From positions 202,554,001 through 202,618,000 of the forward strand of contig OZ024741.1 in NCBI GenBank assembly GCA_964016885.1: a stretch of DNA of 64,000 bases. The letters run 5' to 3'. Positions 44,299 through 57,111 of this stretch are shown here, in pieces. This DNA is from Eledone cirrhosa (Eukaryota). Made by a program: the position numbers and the translations under genes. The notes below the pieces were generated by a model. That model worked only from the letters and a program-made list of their open reading frames with translations, was not told the origin of the DNA and ran no database searches. How positions within the stretch are numbered: position 1 is the first letter of the stretch; each line of letters starts with the position of its first letter.

Positions 44299-44804
44299 AT
44301 TTAGGAGCAGTTTAGGTATGATACATTTTATTACTAATTATATCTAAATGTTTCTTCTCTCTTCATAATGTATTTTTAACTCTGATACTGGTTCAGTCTA
44401 GTTCAACTGAATTGGTCTGTCCCAGTCATTCATTGAGCAACATCGGTGAAGTTGGCACCCTTAACTCACAGTTGGGTGCGGATGCATTCATGTATATATG
44501 TGTGTGTCCGCATGTATCTGTGTGTTTCTAAATATATTGTTAATAACTCCCTCTGGTCGAGCAACCTTTGAAGTGTGGGGACAGTTGGAAAGCTTCCATT
44601 ACTCATACTTCTCGCCTTCTTCACCACCTCTTCTACGGCCTCGATATAAATACCCCCCTCCGCCTCCGTGGTATTTTCTTCGGGGTTATAAGAGGCTTAG
44701 CTCTGTTTCTCGACCGTTATATCGCGTGACTATCTCCCCCTCCGCCTTTTGGGATTCTTTCTCACGTCGTGTAGACGCGTTCTTGAGACTAGTAAAATGA
44801 GGTA

Positions 44805-44894
44805 TCCTCTTGATAAGTCGGCAGACCTCGCAGGGACTCTATATCTTTATGATATATTGTTTTTGTTTATGCCACGAAACTACGTAGTCGAGGA
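44805..44894 (+). ncRNA. Second identical hammerhead, 596 nt downstream
   Basis: Identical to 44209-44298; predicted cut after C44889. Confidence 0.8.
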
Positions 44895-45135
44895 ATTTAG
44901 GAGCAGTTTAGGTATGATACATTTTATTACTAATTATATCTAAATGTTTCTTCTCTCTTCATAATGTATTTTTAACTCTGATACTGGTTCAGTCTAGTTC
45001 AACTGAATTGGTCTGTCCCAGTCATTCATTGAGCAACATCGGTGAAGTTGGCACCCTTAACTCACAGTTGGGTGCGGATGCATTCATGTATATATGTGTG
45101 TGTCCGCATGTATCTGTGTGTTTCTAAATATATTG

Positions 45136-45241
<106 letters not shown>

Positions 45242-45516
45242 ATGTATATATATTTGTATATATGTATATGTATATGTGCATGTATATATGTATATGTGTG
45301 TATGTGTGTATGTATATATATATATGTGTGTATCAGTCACTCAATGAAACTTTTTTGTTCACTTAGAATAAATGAACCCTGAAATGTGTGGCCATTCGCG
45401 TCTATGTGCGTGTGTATGGGTACATGAGTGTGAATGTGAACTTGCCTTTTATGTCTATCATTGTATTATTATGTATATTTCTATAGTAATACAATGACAG
45501 ACATAAAATGCAGTGA

Positions 45517-45698
45517 ATTGGCAGTATCGGTAGAGGGCTGGACGCCATGTTTTCTAGCATAGTTACGTCCCTTTAGGGTGTGAATTCAAATCCCGTATAG
45601 ATTAACTTTGCCTTTAATCCTTACGGGGTCGATAACATAAAGTACCAGTAATGTACTGGGTAATTGCTGGCTTTGTATCAAAAGTAGAAACAATTATT
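45517..45698 (+). mobile_element. tRNA-derived SINE copy
   Basis: Same family as 27485. Confidence 0.8.
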
Positions 45699-45834
45699 GT
45701 GTATATTTCTAAAAATAGTTTTTCTAAGGATCCCTGTTCTTTAGAATCCCTTCGCCAATGACCTCTACCCGTCCCCCCAAATCACCACCTCCCTCAACCA
45801 CCAGAAAACATATAAATACAGCCGTTTTACAGTT

Positions 45835-45886
45835 GGCTTTCCTCATGATTTCTTTTGAATGAAACAGTTCTAGTCTTGTAGAAGCC
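45835..45886 (+). ncRNA. Decayed hammerhead (family of 48877 and 49952)
   Basis: ggctttc CTCATGA tttc-tttt-gaat GAAA cag...ttg TA gaagcc. Confidence 0.6.
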
Positions 45887-46030
45887 ATTTTTATATTAAA
45901 CATATATTTACACCCTACTAATGTATTGAATACCTTATTTACTGTGGTTCCCCTTGATTGAACCCGGGACTCATATATATATATATATATATATATTTAA
46001 TTATGTAATAAACAACACCATATGATTATT

Positions 46031-46096
46031 CCATTACCCAAGGTTTCACGAAGACAGGCGACCCCAACAGAGGCGTCTGAAGTCGTTCATCAGAAT
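46031..46096 (-). ncRNA. Hammerhead motif with intact core and weak stem I
   Basis: CTGATGA acga...tcgt GAAA cc-ttg-gg TA. Confidence 0.6.
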
Positions 46097-46385
46097 CATT
46101 TCAATTCTTGCTGTCAAGCAACACAGACCAACACACTTGATTCCAACGTAAAATTATAAACAGACGGAAAATTATATCAACATGTTTACCAGGAATGTTG
46201 TTTATACTTTATATACTTTATATACTTTATATACATTATATACATTATAAAACTTAAAAAAAAAAGAATTCTCTCCCATTTTTTCAATAATGTCATCTTT
46301 TCAATAATGTCACTGTGATGAATCAAAGAAAAGGAAAAAAAAAGAAAAACAGACCCTAAAATATATTTTCCGTGCTATTTCCATC

Positions 46386-46444
<59 letters not shown>

Positions 46445-46494
46445 CAAACACAAACACACGCGCGCACACACACACACACTCATATATATATACG

Positions 46495-46527
<33 letters not shown>

Positions 46528-46692
46528 GCATACATACACACCCATATATATATACGTATATACATATGCATGCATGTATACACACACACACGCCCGCACG
46601 CACACACATATATATATGCCAATTGTTAATATTTCTCCCTTCTGAGTCCATTCTACATCTTCCAGGACAGGTCGCAGGTCCACCGACAGTAT

Positions 46693-46872
46693 TTGGCAGC
46701 ATCGGTAGAGGGTCGGACGCCATGCTTTCAAGCATAGTTACGTCCCTTTACGATCTGAGTTCAAATCCCGCCGAGGTTGACTTTGCCTTTCATCCTTACG
46801 GGGTCGATAAAATAAAGTACCAGTAATGCACTGGGTAATTGCTGGCCTTGTGCCTAAAGTAGAAACAAGTAT
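46693..46872 (+). mobile_element. tRNA-derived SINE copy
   Basis: A and B boxes plus the core; same family as 27485. Confidence 0.82.
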
Positions 46873-47236
46873 TTTTGCCATTAGATGGGATCTGTAATAT
46901 ATTTTTCGAATGGGCCCCTCTACGTAACGCCTGAACGCATCCCTTGTTACCCCACACGAAGGACAATGAGATATGATTGCTTTTGTTGAATCTGCCTATT
47001 CTGTAGTTGATGGCCTTATTTGCGCCAGTTAGTAATTAGGATTTTTTTAGAGACAGCTTTTACTCGCCTCTTCGTAACTATATCACTCGGCTGTGAGAAG
47101 TTTCCAGAGAGCTAACAGTGTCACCGATTGCTACATCTCCCCTAGTAACTTACTGCTGTGTGGTCCATGGCTGGTTATTCGTCCGGCATGACCCCACATA
47201 TACCGCAACTAGCCATCGTATGTGATGGTTGTATCG

Positions 47237-47755
<519 letters not shown>

Positions 47756-48318
47756 TTGTTCATTTTTTGTCGATTCTATTAAATGATGAATAGCCCCTGT
47801 TTATTTTAACATGTCTATTGAGCACTCTTATTCGATATGTGTTTTTGTCACATTTTTCCGAATATTTTTGCGGATATAGAGGTTATCTCCCTTGCTGAAA
47901 TCCATGTGCGTATTTTTAGCCTGGGTCTTATCTTTTTATCCATTCGGACGAAGCTCGTTGATGAAGTAACTCCAGTCCCCCATTATCTGTAAGGCTTATA
48001 TTTTTATATGAGCTGATAGATGACGGTTTAAGGATTTACAGAAACCCAAGAAGCTAGATTTTCCATCTCTCTAGTGGGTCCGGGTATGCATTTTACATTC
48101 ATTTCATTTATTGATTTATTGATAATTTATCTGAGTGGCCCGAATCTTCCATATCGAACTTTTCGGTTATTTGGTTGATTGTAGACATATTCTACGTGTG
48201 ACGGTATTTTAACGATAGTTATAGCTCTAATTTATTTGAATTATAGAGCCCTCTGCCGATCATCTCGAATTTTGTTTATCGTGAACTCGTGCGCCGATTT
48301 TTCGATACTCGATTATTC

Positions 48319-48389
<71 letters not shown>

Positions 48390-48457
48390 TGTATATATAT
48401 ATATATATATACTGTATATATATATATATATACTGTATATATATATATATATATATA

Positions 48458-48570
<113 letters not shown>

Positions 48571-48727
48571 TGTATATATATATATATATATATATATACT
48601 GTATATATATATATATATATATACTGTATATATATATATATATATATATATACTGTATATATATATATATATATATATACTGTATATATATATATATATA
48701 TATACTGTATATATATATATATATATA

Positions 48728-48866
<139 letters not shown>

Positions 48867-48876
48867 ATATAGAAAT

Positions 48877-48926
48877 GGCTTCTACAGGACTAGAGTGGTT
48901 TCATTCAGAAGAAATCATCAGAAGCC
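48877..48926 (-). ncRNA. Hammerhead enclosed by a 22-bp inverted repeat
   Basis: ggctt CTGATGA tttc-ttct-gaat GAAA cc...ctg TA gaagcc; inverted repeat 48862-48883 / 48920-48941. Confidence 0.65.
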
Positions 48927-49263
48927 ATTTCTATATTAAATATTTATACTCTGCTATGTATTGAGTACCTTACTTACTGTGGTTATCCCTGATTGAACCC
49001 GGGATATATATATATTAGTATTGGTGCTCTGGAATAGCGATGTATATATGAGTGTATGTATAGTATATTTGGCAATATACCGTATGTTTAATTAAATACA
49101 TTTAGAAGACTATTCGCTATGAGTTTTAAAGTAGTGACTATGTCACTTACTGTCGAGAATAAGTAGGTGGCGTAGTCACTACTTTAAAACTCATAGCGAA
49201 TAGTCTTCTAAATGTTTTTAATTAAACATACAGTATATTGCCAAATATACTATACATACACTC

Positions 49264-49317
<54 letters not shown>

Positions 49318-49756
49318 CAAAACAGGGATTTAGTTTGAGACAATGCTACAAGCATTGAAGCCTTCGCAATTATTCTGTCATCGTTGTCAGCAGAATTGCT
49401 CTATGATAACATGTACGAACAAAACTTGTTTCGGAGCAAACTCAAATTGATATGTTCGCAGAACAACACTACCCAAATAGAACATGGCTGAGAAAAATCA
49501 GAGTAATCTAAGAAGTTTAAACAATTCAACAAAGAAAAAGTTAAAAAACTTACCTTCCAGCCCATATATATATACATACTTACTTGATATATATATATAT
49601 ATATATATATATATCAAGTAAGTATGGTAAGTATGTTTTGAAACAGTGAGCAGGTTTGAAATTAGAAAATATATAGCTTTCACCGTATTTTTGACTAAAG
49701 GAATTTTAGCCTGATAATGGGGTTTAGAACCCTCAGATAAATGGAAACAGATGAGT

Positions 49757-49825
49757 ATTGACGTACATGGGAGTTGAACCCACATCTTTGGTTATCGCGG
49801 CCACTCTGCTACCATTACACCATCT
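49757..49825 (-). mobile_element. tRNA-like head (SINE or tRNA pseudogene)
   Basis: TGGTGTAATGGTAGC ... GGGTTCAACTCCC; no clean cloverleaf. Confidence 0.5.
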
Positions 49826-49837
49826 CTTTCCATTCAA

Positions 49838-49905
<68 letters not shown>

Positions 49906-49951
49906 GTAGGTCCCGGGTTGAGTCGGGGATAACCACAGTAAGTAAGGTACT

Positions 49952-49998
49952 CTTCCTGAAGATTTCATCTGAATGAAACAGTACTCGTCCTGTAGAAG
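49952..49998 (+). ncRNA. Type I hammerhead ribozyme
   Basis: cttc CTGAAGA tttc-atct-gaat GAAA cag-tactcgtc-ctg TA gaag. Confidence 0.75.
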
Positions 49999-50015
49999 CT
50001 CCTTCTATAAAATAA

Positions 50016-50072
<57 letters not shown>

Positions 50073-50166
50073 TATAAAAAAAAAATACAACACCTATATA
50101 TATATATATATATATATATGTTTTTAATTAAACATACAGTATATTGCCAAATATACTATACATACA

Positions 50167-50212
<46 letters not shown>

Positions 50213-50304
50213 TGTTGTATTTTTTTTTTAAATACACACATCGCACAGCGTCATCCCAGTGGCGTGAATAGGATTATCGACAGCTAGAAATAGCAGCCGA
50301 GTCC

Positions 50305-50366
<62 letters not shown>

Positions 50367-50904
50367 GGACTCGGCTGCTATTTCTAGCTGTCGATAATCC
50401 TATATAATGGACTCGGCTGCTATTTCTAGCTGTCGATAATCCTATTCACGCCACTGGGATGACGCTGTGCGATGTGTGTATTTAAAAAAAAAAATACAAC
50501 ACCTGGTACGAGTCATTCACAGATTTACATTTGCTGTGTAAACACAGATAGTTGGATCTTCTCCTTTGGTGACCATCCGGGATTTGACTGCTGTGATTTA
50601 CCGATTAATTGGTGAAATATATTTTTTATTTAAAGAAATATATACAAAGGAGATTAATCATTTTAAAAGCTATCTACATTTGAAGTTCTAGTTAAACTTT
50701 AGTTAGTTACCTACCTAGCTGTGTGAGCTTACACACTTTACAAATTATTCCTTGTGATTGTTTCATATGTTTATTTTATATATATATATGTCAATCTATT
50801 TCTAGTTGATATAATATGCTCAGATCTATTCATTGGAATCTTTGAGCTTATTCTGCAGTGGATATGGCGCATGTCTCTCAGACATGACACCCTTAATTTA
50901 ATTT

Positions 50905-50975
<71 letters not shown>

Positions 50976-51405
50976 TAGAAAAGGGAAGTGAGGTTCTATA
51001 CAAAACACTGGATATAGAGAAAAGGTGAAGTTGGAAATAGCACGGAAAATATATTTTAGGGTCTGTTTTTTTTTTTTCCTTTCTTTGATTCGTCACAGTG
51101 ACATTATTGAAAAGATGACATTATTGAAAAAATGAGAGGGACAATTCTTTAAAAAATTTTTTTGTAATGTATAAAGTATATAAAGAATATAAAGTATTAC
51201 CGGTTTCGATGTATTATTAAAATTCATCTTATCAAATGTTGAGTATTACAATTAAAAAGAATTAATAGGAATTAAAAACTAAAAATCAAAGATTTAAAAT
51301 TAAGTGTTGGAGTAAGTTTTTTTCCCATCTTCCTTGCTCAGACGTGGACTGGAGGATGAATTCTTGTGTATAGACAAGAATAAGAATATATATATATATA
51401 TATAT

Positions 51406-51830
51406 CTAGGGCGGGTAAAATTCCCGAGATCCATGGACGAGTTCTCTCCAGCGGTCTCTGTCCCTTATTATCGCTGCCATGTCCTGCGTCTCCAACAGAC
51501 CAGTGTCTGTCCTTAGGGCATCAACATACGTTAACCTTGGTCTTCCTCTTCCAGTGTGTCCATGTAGGGGCTCCCACAGGAGCACTGAGTGCAGTGTCAT
51601 CTCTGGATGTCGGTGAGCATGTTCAGCTAACCTCAGTCTCCTCTGTGTCACTTTTGAGCTGACTTTTGGGAGGCTCCCATACAGCTCTGAGTTTTTCATC
51701 CTCAGTGTATACTGATTAATGTTCAGAGCCATCCTCAGCATTCTCGTGTAGCACCCATCCACCACCTGAGTGAGTTTCTTGGTCAGTGTCCAAGTTTCAG
51801 ACCCGTACAGCAATGAAGAGGCGGATTTTC
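51406..51830 (-). mobile_element. RTE-group LINE 3' fragment
   Basis: LYGSETWTLT...YTRMLRMALNI...RRLRLAEH...GRGRP...DRDRWR. Confidence 0.8.
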
Positions 51831-52149
51831 AGGTCTTTACGAAGGTCCGACTTCCCCACCGATCTCAAGCTGGCCCATCCGGCTGGCGCCCGGCTAGGTA
51901 TACCTGCATTTTATCTTTTCAGGAATCCCCCCAACACTCCAGTGCAAAGATACCGCACGCCCTCTAAAGTCACGGAGGGCGGAGGCGGGGCGGTTAACGT
52001 GCTCTGATGTTGGGTTTGAATAGATTTTAGGATTCCCCACAACAATAAAGGCTGAACAGAGAACACATTTTTTAACAAACAATAATTTGTACAACCATAA
52101 TAGAAATTCCAAGTATCAGAAAATTTTTAAATTACATTGTTGGAGCCTC

Positions 52150-53045
52150 AGAGTATACAATTTTTTTTTGTTCGGCCCTCCGGATCAAAGATGAAGAGAT
52201 GTAAGCTGTAGTGACTTAGAGGCCTACCACCAATCTCCAGGACACTGTTTTCAAGACAAATGAGCGCCTCATTGAAAACGACATCGTATGTTACGTTTGA
52301 ATTGTGTCCTCGTGTGCGGTGGAGGATGTCCTCAGCTAGACTTTCGCGGTGGTTGTTCCACAGTGCGAGAGGGACGGTGAGATCGCAGTTGTGCAGCATA
52401 ATAGCAAAAGGTTTTCGCAGCTGAGAAGGGACTTTAGCAGTTGCTGTTTCTTGCAGGGTGAGATGTCAATGGCTGTCATCGTGTAACATACTACGCATCT
52501 GGCAAGCCAAACGGTAAGTGGAACATTGATGGTCATTGATTGTTCTCAGGTCTTGGAAAGACTGTGGTCCTCTAACCTCGAACAGTAACAATGACGATAA
52601 GCCGTTTGTGCTTTCGTGAAATAAATAGGTTTTTGTTTTTGTGTATGCAAAAATATCTGTACACGAATATATATATTAAAATAACAGATTAAAGTTTAAG
52701 CAAAGAATCGCTGCTTTCATCCTTAACGGGATCTTCTGAAACTAAAAAAATCCGTCTGTGAACGCAGAAGTAAATATTTCGAAAAACGTTATCTAATGCA
52801 GACAGCTAGACATACAGAGACAAAAAGAGGGGAATGTTGTGCGACGTCATAAGAAAAAGTGAGGAATGACGTATAACCGGAAATGTTGACATTTGAAATT
52901 TTAAAGAAGTGAATATTTAAATAATGTATTTAATCTTTTAACAAAATTCAGTGGAAAAAGTTACATCTATGGTGCAAATTTGGTGCTGTTTGGTCCAGCC
53001 GTTTGGCGGAAAGTTTGTTACCTACATACGGCCGTATATATATAT
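52150..53045 (-). mobile_element. Helitron remnant (RepHel linker region plus 5'-like end)
   Basis: EVRGPQSFQDLRTI...TYRLAC...SQLRKPFAIMLHNC...PLALWNNHRESLAEDI. Confidence 0.7.
52693..52743 (-). ncRNA. Hammerhead-like motif with CAGAAGA core
   Basis: agttt CAGAAGA tcc-cgttaa-ggat GAAA gca...tgc TT aaact; sister copy at 60975. Confidence 0.55.
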
Positions 53046-53360
53046 ATATATACAGTGTACACCTGGCATTCGCAATCCCGGTTATTTGCGGGATTTTCCT
53101 TAGATCCTAACTAATAATTGTTCGTGGAAACGACCGTATGTTCGCGGAATCGTAAATATCTTCCCGCTATTTTTTATGGCTTTTTTCTTAGCCAATATAT
53201 ATATTTTTAACGCTAAATTATCAATAACAATATACCGCATAAGACGGTCCATCTTCTTTTATTATATTTCATGTTATATTTTGACGTTTATAGGTATTTT
53301 TATGGACCACGTCCAATAATCGCGGTTTTTTCTTCTTCACGGGTGTTCTAGGAATATATT

Positions 53361-53409
<49 letters not shown>

Positions 53410-53410
53410 G

Positions 53411-53504
<94 letters not shown>

Positions 53505-53750
53505 TTTATATATTTGTTTTGCAAGTTTCTTGATGTGAAATCGTGTGATTTTTCACTTTTTTATTATTAATTATTAATTATTAGATCGTCAAAGTTCTGT
53601 GACCACCCTAATGACTATTTGGGTTTTGCTGTGCTCCTCTTCTTTCTGGTATTATTTTTATTTTTGTTTTTTGATATTACAAAAAAAAAGACAAGCTGGA
53701 ATAACAAGCTAAGGGCAGAAAGAAGAGGAGGGACAGAAAAGAACAAATAA

Positions 53751-53792
53751 TCATTGAGGCAGTCACAGAATGTGTGACGAAAGAGCTTTGAC
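53751..53792 (+). ncRNA. Decayed hammerhead, family of 16348
   Basis: tca TTGAGGC a gtcaca-gaatg-tgtgac GAAA gagc TT tgac. Confidence 0.55.
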
Positions 53793-54017
53793 GAAGTAAC
53801 CAATAACTAATAATACAGATAAAGTAAAAATCATATACTGCGTGTGTGTTTTATTAGCAATACTCGCAACATGGCACCCCCAAATATGATAATAATATGT
53901 GTAATATATACGTACACGCGCATATATACACATGCACACGCGGGGGCGTATATAAACACGTATACATATACTTTTCAAATTCGAAATTCTGGAAATGATT
54001 GTTTTTGTTTAGTGAAA

Positions 54018-54152
54018 TTCTTCTTCTTCTTCTTCTTTTTCTTTTTCTTTTTCTTTTTCTTTTTCTTCTTTTTCTTCTTCTTCTTCTTCTTCTTCTTCTT
54101 CTTCTTCTTCTTCTTCTTCTTCTTCTTCTTCTTCTTCTTCTTCTTCTTCTTC
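54018..54152. repeat. (TTC)n/(TTTTTC)n microsatellite
   Basis: Direct reading. Confidence 0.95.
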
Positions 54153-55489
54153 CGGAGCCGACAATTGTTTACTGAATATGGCAGTCGTATTAGTTGTCTT
54201 CTGTGTTTAGTTTTATTGGAACTAATTATTTTGGTTAGAGACACAAAAGATCCCGTGATTAATATGAATGTATGGTTGTAGTTGTAGTATATACTGCGCT
54301 AGACATTTTAACAAACTGTTTATACACCATTAACGTAAATAAACTCCACAAACATTTTACATCAAAGACAAGGTTTATAAAATGGTAATTATTAATGTTC
54401 ACCGACACATTACATCAGATCAGACTAAATGCCAATGTAAACCCCTTTTCCCCCAAACAAAAATCAACAAAAAACAAAGTTATTTGAAATAATTATTTTC
54501 CAAAGAAATATGTGGGAACAATTATTTCCACTGAAATTATCCATTATTTTAAAAACCAGAAACGCCATCTCGTCAAGTGGGGGAGCCGTGTAAAATGCAC
54601 CCTCCTAAAATAATAAGAATGGAAGACATTATAAGCAACACTAAATAATAATAATAATTCTGGCATCAACTTTTCAAATAAGTCATATATAGTTGGAGAA
54701 TTTCTATGAGTAATTTCTGTGGTAGACAGAATAAGCCGATGTCTTGGCGGCTTTAATCTTGTCTTAAACAAACAAACTATATACAAATGAAATCAGCTTG
54801 TTTTCAGTAAATCTATTGTTGTATATACAATATACAATATCTTCTCCTCACTTCAACCATTCTTTGTTTTACATCTCAAACCTCATGATAAACACGTACC
54901 TAAACCCTTCCTTTTCAGAACTATGGAATGGAATAGACCTCCAACGGTTTCGACGGCGAGAGTTCCGGTTGTTCAATCAACGGAACATCCTGCTCATTAA
55001 ATTAACGTGTAAGTAGTTAAGCATTCCACAGACACGTGTACCATAACGTAATTCTCTGGAAAATTCAGCGTGATACATTAAGTGACTAGGTTAGTTCTTT
55101 GAATTACAATTATGCCGATGAAAGTTTTAAAATATTAGCTAAAGGTAAACTCGCCTTTGTCCATGGGGATGCTTGTAAGAGAAATATAAATACCAAATGA
55201 ATGAAATTACCATATATACTAAAATATAAGCTGAGGAATATATGACAAAAAAATTGGTGGCAAAATGGTGGTCAATATTTTGACGATTTTCACCAACTTC
55301 AAATATCTGGAGTGCTTATTTTACAGTAAAACAGTTTTTCTATATTTACTATATCGTCAAGGGTTTTATTTATGCATTGCCTTGAGAACATTCCCAACAG
55401 ATTTTCATTATTAAAACATTTTAAGAAGTAAATGTCCCCTACACACACATACACACACACACGTGCGCCGACTGTTTTCTCTGTGATTT

Positions 55490-56600
55490 AATTATACTTT
55501 ATTTTTCAATCTCACACCTGCGGGTAGCCAACTCTGTGCCTGTAGTGGTGAGTAGGGAGGTGGTTCTCGGGCCAAGACACCAGAAGTCTCCACTGTTACG
55601 GGTTCGACCGCAAACCTGTCGAGAGTAACCGATATTTGGAGAGTTTACCCTCCTCGGCCGGGTTATTTGCAGACTGCACCAGGTTGCCGTTGGAGAATAT
55701 GTCGCTGCATGTGACATCCCAGATTAGGGGTTTACTACCGCGGAACGGGAAGATGGCCAAGCTGGCTCGAGCTGGGAGGGAAAGCCGGCGGCATCCAAGC
55801 CATGCTTTATGATCTCATTGAGAGCAGCATGGAATGGAAGGCGACCGGCACAGTAGCGACAGGACAGCGGGTGGAGGCGAAAACGTCTACGGTGGATCCG
55901 CAGCGACATTTGTGTGGCTCGCAGATCCGGAGGTCGAGGCTTTTATTATCCAGCTGCGTGCCAGTAGAAAAGAAGGGTAAGGCATTGAGTCATGCACCGC
56001 TGTGGGGTTGCGAGGCCGAGAGAAAACATGCGAGGCGGTGCTGGTCGAACTGGCGTGCTAGCCTCTCCTAGGCCATGTTGCACTGGATGGCATCCTATAT
56101 GCTCTGTGTGTGTGGAGTGGGGGGTAAGAGGGGTGACTTGACGTCTACAGGGGGAAGAGGAGGAGTGATGTCTACTGGGAGAAGCTGAAGCCGGTTCCAA
56201 GTCTCCCAGGCGGCCTCACTTTCCTCGATCACAGTGGGTTCAGTTGTGTTTTGGAGAACCCTGTTGATGAGGACAGAACAAGAGGTTATCAATGAAAGAA
56301 ATGCCGGAAAAGGCAGAGAGACCAGAGACCATGACCACCGTTTCTAATGAGTAAGGTGGCCTGTTGCTATCCAAAGTCGTCAAACTTGACGTTGCATATC
56401 TCCTCAGCTGCCACTCGGATACAAGTATCGAGGTCAGTGAGGAGAGATGTGTAGCTGTAGCAAGGAGCGCTACGAAATGTGTAGAGGGGCTTCAATAGAG
56501 CGAAGCACTTCCTCAACTGGAAGAAGGCTTGATGAGCGTCAATCATGCCCAGTCTGCTCATGAGGGTCGTGAGCTGCTGGAGCCTGGACCTGGTGGAGCG
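55490..56600 (-). mobile_element. Degenerate CRE-like RLE retrotransposon fragment
   Basis: HQAFFQLRKCFALLKPLYTFRSAP; HPLSCRYCAGRLPFHAALNEIIKHGLDAAGFPSQLEP. Confidence 0.72.
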
Positions 56601-57111
56601 GATGGTAGGGGGGGAGGATCAGCGACCCGAGGATGAGGACATCTTCTTTCGGGATCACCTACATCTGGTGGAGAACATCTGGATCGCACGTCCGAGACGG
56701 AGGTTTTTCTTTCGATCTTGTTTTGTTGTATTTCACTCGACCTCTCGGCCTCTCTTTTTCTCGCTCTGCCCCTCCTCTTGCTTGCTGCCTCTTCCCCCCA
56801 ATGTTCTCTTAGTTGGTTTCTTTCAACTATTCCCTATTCATTTCGATCTCCCCTTAGTGTTTTTAATGATCTCTGCAACGGTTAAAGAAATAGTTTTTTA
56901 AATAATACATTAAACTAAAAATATATTTCCATTTTCTTAAATATCATATTAATTAATAAATTTCTCATGCTTTTTTATTTTCTAATTTAAAAAAAAAACT
57001 TTTCTAAAAGTGTGTTGATTAGCTGCCTCTGCTTATAAACGGGATTTGGATTATGCCTATTTCTCAGACTTAAATAGGGGTCGACTTATATTCATATATA
57101 TACCGAAACGA

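Noticed and set aside
43944-44943. Three identical 64-aa ORFs as a small gene family
   Set aside because: They have TTG starts and no recognisable domain, and arise from the repeat structure overlapping the hammerhead.
49711-49750. Hammerhead-like CTGATAA-stem-GATA
   Set aside because: Two core mismatches and no stem I or III.
53052-53350. Tigger/mariner-like MITE
   Set aside because: Only one plausible end (TA|CAGTG) and no matching second TIR.
53844-54281. Poly-Phe / poly-Lys ORFs
   Set aside because: Translation of the (TTC)n tract.
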